From: a virus
Taxonomy: Duplodnaviria; Caudoviricetes
Strand: one strand, 5' to 3'
Length of the DNA stretch: 37,790 nt
Virus record (IMG/VR): IMGVR_UViG_3300012808_000001
Span: 1 to 37,790 of that record
Shown here: piece after piece, positions 33,178 through 37,790 of the stretch
Numbering within the stretch: position 1 is the first letter of the stretch
Layout of the letters: the number at the start of each line of letters is the position of its first letter
Translations under genes and position numbers: made by a program
Notes under the pieces: generated by a model
Databases searched by the model: none
Told to the model about the DNA's origin: nothing
What the model saw: only the letters and a program-made list of their open reading frames with translations

Positions 33178-33438
33178 ATGGAGCCCACTGACACCACGAG
33201 AGTTAAGCAAACTCGTAAATCCGGATCAAAAATCGGAGCGATGCCTGCCAACAAGCCTTCAGATAGTCGAGCAACGGCTTCTACAGCGCGGCCTAACGGG
33301 ACAAGCCTTTCGCGACGGGTTCAGGATTCGGCAGACACCATAGACCGGTCGGCTTCCGACAGCTCAAACCTGATTGAAGGGGGACGCAAGGAACTGTTTC
33401 CACCAGATCCTCCAGGTCAGACACAACCCAATGAGTAA
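33178..33438 (+). CDS. Hydrophilic low-complexity hypothetical protein
   Basis: 86 aa; overlaps the next ORF. Confidence 0.45.
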   Translation: MEPTDTTRVKQTRKSGSKIGAMPANKPSDSRATASTARPNGTSLSRRVQDSADTIDRSASDSSNLIEGGRKELFPPDPPGQTQPNE

Positions 33439-33610
33439 ACCAGTAGCTCCTGAACTTGACCACAGTGAGCTGCATACAGAGCATCCAGATCTTTCGAGAC
33501 CCGAACATTTGAGCCAGTGGCACACGCTCAGGGACTATTTGCCTCCGCTGCGCCCTACCAAGAAAGGAAGTAGCGATGAATCAACCAGGTACTCCCCCCT
33601 CTCTGCCTGA
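33431..33610 (+). CDS. Small hypothetical protein
   Basis: ATG 33431 overlaps the previous ORF end. Confidence 0.4.
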   Translation: MSKPVAPELDHSELHTEHPDLSRPEHLSQWHTLRDYLPPLRPTKKGSSDESTRYSPLSA

Positions 33611-33776
33611 AGATGAAGACATGGACCCCGTAGGTGAGCCGTATCCCAATCAAAAGCGCATACCTTTTCGCGATGAAGATGACCCACAACATCCATCGCC
33701 CTCACCTGACGCCCAGATCGATATACCTCGGGCCGCTGAAAAGAAGTCCAAGCTTCCGGCGCTCTTGATGCGTTAG
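33576..33776 (+). CDS. Pro/Asp-rich small hypothetical protein
   Basis: AAGGA RBS; 66 aa. Confidence 0.5.
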   Translation: MNQPGTPPSLPEDEDMDPVGEPYPNQKRIPFRDEDDPQHPSPSPDAQIDIPRAAEKKSKLPALLMR

Positions 33777-33887
33777 CGCAAAGCTGAAGCAAGCGCGACA
33801 GAAGACACAGACAGGCCACGCATGAGCAGCCCAGCCTTCGGCCGGGGCGACAAGCGTGACCGATGGCGTAAACCTATCAACCACACC

Positions 33888-33912
33888 AAGCCCGCATCTG
33901 CGGGCTTCTTTT
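33888..33912 (+). terminator. Intrinsic terminator
   Basis: AAGCCCGC-atct-GCGGGCTT-CTTTT. Confidence 0.75.
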
Positions 33913-34103
33913 ATTCTGGATCCAGTATTTAGCCGAAAAACATCAAAAATAGATATTCAATGTAAATTTGAATGCCGAATTAATACACACTATTTCAATA
34001 AAATTGCAATAAACCACTTAAACAACAGACATTTTGCAAAAATGGGATCAATATGAAGTTTCGGTAAGCAATTCGTTTACCGATAACCAACCTGGAGATT
34101 TCA

Positions 34104-34292
34104 ATGAGCCAACAATCTAACAACCCACAAAACCCCAAAAACCCTCAGCAGCAACAAAGTAGCGGACCTGCCTCCACCCCTGGCACAAAACCTACACCAC
34201 AAAGTGGTGATAAGGCTTCAACCAACCCTCCGCAAAATGCCAAGCCTGTTCAAGCCGAACAGACAACAAAAAAATCTGAGCAGTATCGCTAA
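34104..34292 (+). CDS. Gln/Pro/Asn-rich disordered micro-protein
   Basis: GGAGA RBS; MSQQSNNPQNPKNPQQQQ... Confidence 0.65.
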   Translation: MSQQSNNPQNPKNPQQQQSSGPASTPGTKPTPQSGDKASTNPPQNAKPVQAEQTTKKSEQYR

Positions 34293-34613
34293 CACTTAGC
34301 GCTTGCTTGAGATCTGGACTAGATATCTAACCGCTAACTCAACCTCCCAAGCCTCCACAAAGTGACACTTTTGCGTAATCATGCGTTTTCGCAATGTGAC
34401 AGGAGTACGTGATAATTTTCAACTCGCCACGCCGGTATTCCGGTGTGGCCAAGATGATTCCAGAGATAACTAAAAAAAACCACTCTAAAGAGACTCTGTG
34501 ATGCCTTTTTCTGACGTGGTGGCTCGCTTAGGATGTTTTACGAGCCAAAAATTCATCATGAGACATCCACTAAGGTATGAGCCATCACTCATGCTCTTAA
34601 AAGAGGCTCTCAA

Positions 34614-34853
34614 ATGAAAACCCTCAAATCAATCACTCTCGCCTCGCTGGTATGCGCATCGCTATTCAGTTTAGGCGCCTGTAGCGGCATGTCAGCAAGA
34701 GATCGGAACACGGCGGTCGGCGCGGGAGTCGGAGCCGTCGGAGGTGCTGTATTGACCGGAGGCAGCGGCCTTGGAACAGTTGGTGGCGCAGCTGTCGGTG
34801 GATTCATTGGAAATCAAGTCGACACAAACGACAGCCAGCATCACCGCAAATGA
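34614..34853 (+). CDS. OsmB-like glycine-zipper lipoprotein
   Basis: Lipobox LGAC; SGMSARDRNTAVGAGVGAVGGAVLTGGSGLGTVGGAAVGG. Confidence 0.88.
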   Translation: MKTLKSITLASLVCASLFSLGACSGMSARDRNTAVGAGVGAVGGAVLTGGSGLGTVGGAAVGGFIGNQVDTNDSQHHRK

Positions 34854-34934
34854 TAGCTACCAGTATGCGTTAATAGTTCAATAAATATCTCATAAATTGA
34901 AATACGGTTTAGAACCGAAACGAAGGAGCAGACC

Positions 34935-35093
34935 ATGAGCATCGGCACCATCCTGTTGATCATCCTCATACTGCTGTTACTTGGGGTATTGCCATCCTGG
35001 CCACACAGTCGCAGTTGGGGCTACGCTCCAAGCGGCATCATCGGCCTTTTAGTGGTCGTATTGCTAGTCATGGTAGTGTTAGGACGCATCTAG
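34935..35093 (+). CDS. DUF3309 family small membrane protein
   Basis: AAGGAG RBS; MSIGTILLIILILLLLGVLPSWPHSRSWGYAPSGIIG...LGRI (52 aa, not in the ORF track). Confidence 0.88.
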   Translation: MSIGTILLIILILLLLGVLPSWPHSRSWGYAPSGIIGLLVVVLLVMVVLGRI

Positions 35094-35135
35094 CGACCCA
35101 TCTCTTGCTTCCCAGCAATTGTTAATGGAGTCGAT

Positions 35136-35216
35136 ATGGTAAATGTGATGACCATACTTTCATTATTAGGCATATTGGCAGCGCTTTACTTTGCATATCA
35201 ATATGGCATTTTTTAA
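35136..35216 (+). CDS. 26-aa single-TM peptide
   Basis: GGAG RBS; MVNVMTILSLLGILAALYFAYQYGIF. Confidence 0.45.
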   Translation: MVNVMTILSLLGILAALYFAYQYGIF

Positions 35217-35279
35217 AAGTGCCCCAACGATAAAACTTTAAAGCATGCAAATTTCTGCTTAATTAGTATTTAAGTCACA

Positions 35280-35305
35280 AGAACCCCGCCACTGAGCGGG
35301 GTTCT
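35280..35305 (+). terminator. Hairpin at the island/phage boundary
   Basis: AGAACCCCGC-cactga-GCGGGGTTCT; weak U tail. Confidence 0.5.
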
Positions 35306-35324
35306 GCATTTAGGGAGTAACCCA

Positions 35325-35993
35325 ATGAAAGAAACCGGCTTGATGTTCAAGGCCCCCTTGGTGCGTGCCATCCTGAGCGGCCAGAAGACGCAGACGCGGC
35401 GCATAGCCAAGACAGAAATTACTATGGGCCGCGACTCCCTGCTGGAGCCGCACCGTGGTTGCAAGCATGCGGGCATCTACCTGCTGCCCGAGTACGCAAA
35501 AGAGGCGGCGGCGCTGTGCCCATATGGCAAGCCTGGCGACCGCATCTATGTGCGCGAGACATGGCAAGGCCCATTGATGAGTGCAAAGGAGTGGGAGGAC
35601 CACTATTTCTCCAACGCTGACGAACTCACCAGCAAATTCAAAACGCCTGCTTATTGCAAGTACGCCGCAGACGGTGGTCCGCCACCTGAATTCATGACGA
35701 TGGATGACGACATAGTCGCCCGCTGGAAACTTTCAATCCACATGCCTAAGTGGGCAGCACGCATTTGGCTGGAAATCATCGGCGTGCGCGTGGAGCGCCT
35801 GCAGCAGATTACAGAAGCGGACTGCATTGCAGAGGGCGCTGCTGGAGGCCACGGCTCTATCCCGGGCTACTCCTACAGCGCTACACCTCTTGAGCACTTC
35901 CGCCATATCTGGGAATCCACCGGCGGTGACTGGACCGCGAACCCATGGGTCTGGGTGATCGACTTCAAGCGCATCACCAACAGCGCACCATGA
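35325..35993 (+). CDS. Conserved phage ASCH/PUA-like protein
   Basis: VRAILSGQKTQTRR, SIHMPKWAARI, VRVERLQ, NPWVWVIDF motifs. Confidence 0.8.
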   Translation: MKETGLMFKAPLVRAILSGQKTQTRRIAKTEITMGRDSLLEPHRGCKHAGIYLLPEYAKEAAALCPYGKPGDRIYVRETWQGPLMSAKEWEDHYFSNADELTSKFKTPAYCKYAADGGPPPEFMTMDDDIVARWKLSIHMPKWAARIWLEIIGVRVERLQQITEADCIAEGAAGGHGSIPGYSYSATPLEHFRHIWESTGGDWTANPWVWVIDFKRITNSAP

Positions 35994-36017
35994 TTGCCTC
36001 AACTGAAAGGATTGATC

Positions 36018-36227
36018 ATGGAGCGCGCTGAGCTTGAGCAACTGGTTGCAGATCTTCGCAAAGGAGATGCCACGGCCGTCAAGGCCGCTGACGTTATCGA
36101 GGACCTGGCCCAGCTCAAAACACCAGGCCTGCGCCGTATCCCTGTGGCGGACGAAATCTCTGGTGAAGATGATGTAGTCATCATCAAGAAACTTGAATTG
36201 CCACCCGGCACGACCTGGGCCGAATAG
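36018..36227 (+). CDS. Small hypothetical protein
   Basis: AAGGA RBS, ATG 36018. Confidence 0.6.
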   Translation: MERAELEQLVADLRKGDATAVKAADVIEDLAQLKTPGLRRIPVADEISGEDDVVIIKKLELPPGTTWAE

Positions 36228-36248
36228 CCGCCTCACCCGACAAACATC

Positions 36249-36274
36249 AAGCCCCGCCAAGTGCGGGGCTTTTT
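36249..36274 (+). terminator. Intrinsic terminator
   Basis: AAGCCCCGC-caagt-GCGGGGCTTTTT. Confidence 0.85.
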
Positions 36275-36287
36275 CATTGAGACAGAC

Positions 36288-36569
36288 ATGAACAATCCAT
36301 GGCCATACCTCACCGATGCGGAGATCAATGAGATCTGTTCTCCTCTAAAAAATGGGGCCGCACAGATCCGCTTTCTGGAGCGCCTGGGCATGGTGGTGAA
36401 ACCAAAGCCCAGCGGGCGCCCTCTTGTCGCACGCACTGAGTTCGACAGAGTCATGACCGGCAGCAATGCCATGACCAAAGGTCAAAGCACAAGCGCAGCC
36501 TCATCCACACCTAACGTGATCGGGCTGCAATCCTTCTTCAAACAGAGAAAACATGGGACGCGCACGTAA
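36288..36569 (+). CDS. DUF4224-like protein, probable excisionase
   Basis: LTDAEINEI...AQIRFL...GRPLV; overlaps the integrase start. Confidence 0.75.
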   Translation: MNNPWPYLTDAEINEICSPLKNGAAQIRFLERLGMVVKPKPSGRPLVARTEFDRVMTGSNAMTKGQSTSAASSTPNVIGLQSFFKQRKHGTRT

Positions 36570-37641
36570 AGATGGGGACCCGATGGGTCTCGCTGGCACT
36601 CGCCTTTCCTTCAAACACAACGCCTTCTACTACCGCCACAGGGACGGCCGGTGGGAGCGCATGGGCACCGATGTCCGTGCCGCAAAGGAGCGAGCTGCCA
36701 TCTACAACAGCCCGGCAGACAACTATGGCACCACCGCGTACTGGCTAGACCAGTTCTTGGTGGACTGCCAACAGCGGGTGTCCATAAAAGACCTCGCGCC
36801 GCGGACTCTCTCCGACTACACAAAGGATTCCGAGCCGCTCAAAGTGTTCTTTGGGTCAATGCTCCCTGAGCACATTGAGCCCCACCATGTGCAAGCCTAT
36901 TTGGACGCCGGCTCTGCGGCTGAGCGTGGAGTGCGCGCCAACCGGGAAAAAGCATGTCTGAGCTCGTGCCTGTCCTGGCTGATCCGCACAAACAAATGCA
37001 CCGGCCTCAAGATCAACCCGTGTATGCAAAAAAGCGGCACGCGCGAAAACTCGGAGAAAAAGCGCGACCGGTATGTCACCCATCAGGAATATCAGGAGGT
37101 CTATGCCTTGGCCTGGCCCCAGGTGCGCGTACTGATGGAGCTGACCTACCGCACGCTGCAGCGCCCGGAAAGCGACATCATCTACTGGACGCCGAAAGTC
37201 CTCGCACGCGATCCACACACAGGCAATCGCATCATCACCTTCGAGCAGGGAAAGACGGGCACAAGGCTGAAGATTGCGATGACCGAGGGCTTGGAAAAGC
37301 TTATCAACCGTGCCGTGGGCACGAATCCACATATGGACCAGCCTCTGGTGCACACCCGAGCAGGCACTGGGTACACCTACGGTGGCATCAATTCCATGCT
37401 CGGCAAAGCCATCAGGACCGCAAACGAGATCAGGGCGACCAAGAACATCCCGCCCATGGCCTCCTTCGGCTTCCGCGATCTCAAGGGCAAAGGTGCCACC
37501 GATATGTGGCTGGCAGGGACGCCCATCGAGCAGATCCAGCTGCTCTGCGGCCACTCCGACAAGGCAACAACGGAGCGCTACATCAAGGCTCGATGGCGGG
37601 CGACTGCTCAGCCCAACGAGACAGCCGTCATGACTGTATGA
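36553..37641 (+). CDS. int: Tyrosine integrase
   Basis: QRPESD (R), QGKTG (K), FRDLKGKG, LCGH, TERY (Y); adjacent to the tRNA. Confidence 0.93.
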   Translation: MGRARKDGDPMGLAGTRLSFKHNAFYYRHRDGRWERMGTDVRAAKERAAIYNSPADNYGTTAYWLDQFLVDCQQRVSIKDLAPRTLSDYTKDSEPLKVFFGSMLPEHIEPHHVQAYLDAGSAAERGVRANREKACLSSCLSWLIRTNKCTGLKINPCMQKSGTRENSEKKRDRYVTHQEYQEVYALAWPQVRVLMELTYRTLQRPESDIIYWTPKVLARDPHTGNRIITFEQGKTGTRLKIAMTEGLEKLINRAVGTNPHMDQPLVHTRAGTGYTYGGINSMLGKAIRTANEIRATKNIPPMASFGFRDLKGKGATDMWLAGTPIEQIQLLCGHSDKATTERYIKARWRATAQPNETAVMTV

Positions 37642-37698
37642 CCACTGTATGGGATCACTGGATATGAGACACGTCACATATACGGTCACATAAAGCAT

Positions 37699-37733
37699 AA
37701 AAGCCGCTACAACTTTAATAGCTGTAGCGGCTT
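37699..37733 (-). terminator. Hairpin terminator downstream of tRNA-Lys (possibly bidirectional)
   Basis: AAGCCGCTACA 37701-37711 / TGTAGCGGCTT 37723-37733. Confidence 0.7.
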
Positions 37734-37741
37734 ATGCGTTC

Positions 37742-37790
37742 TGGTGGGTCCTGCGAGATTCGAACTCGCGACCAACGGATTAAAAGTCCG
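37742..37790 (-). tRNA. tRNA-Lys(TTT), 3' part; likely att core
   Basis: Reverse complement CGGA-CTTTTAA-TCCG...GCGAG-TTCGAAT-CTCGC-AGGACCC-A-CCA gives anticodon arm, T arm and CCA end. The 5' part lies outside the window, so intact gene and att duplicate cannot be distinguished. Confidence 0.9.

Larger units (their letters stand above)
1..37790. mobile_element. Lambda-like prophage integrated at tRNA-Lys; left end outside the window
   Basis: Ordered tail-head-terminase-replication-immunity-early-int modules ending at a tRNA 3' end. Confidence 0.95.

Noticed and set aside
36856-37698. Long ORFs overlapping the integrase (36856-37698 minus, 36954-37667 plus)
   Set aside because: Alternative-frame shadows of int with no independent evidence.
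37742-37790. Link between the tRNA-Lys att site and the TOPRIM effector (PARIS AriB cleaves tRNA-Lys)
   Set aside because: tRNA genes are common integration sites, the effector's target is unknown, and no variant tRNA is visible; treated as coincidence.

Overview
The window is almost entirely one temperate siphovirus-type prophage with lambda-like head and packaging genes. It is GC-rich with visibly AT-richer inserts; the host is probably a Betaproteobacterium, perhaps Comamonadaceae (inference). The minus strand carries tail genes (running off the left edge), tape measure, tail tube, head-tail connectors, capsid E, decoration D, S49 protease, portal and gpW. A ~4.7 kb accessory block follows (4-TM protein; Rha under a C4-type antisense RNA; ABC-ATPase + TOPRIM pair), then a Mor/C-type activator, GpA terminase, a cos-like site, O/P-like replication genes with iterons, CII-like and cro. 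The plus strand carries cI, a HipA-like kinase + partner at the rexAB-equivalent position, a structured PL leader, early genes interrupted by two islands of small stress-type proteins, a DUF4224 excisionase-like gene and an integrase. The window ends in the 3' part of tRNA-Lys(TTT), the likely att site. The best candidates for undescribed biology are the ATPase/TOPRIM pair, the kinase/partner pair, the two-strand coding block between cro and cII, and the stress micro-protein islands that displaced rdgC. All family calls come from motifs recognised by eye; no searches were run.
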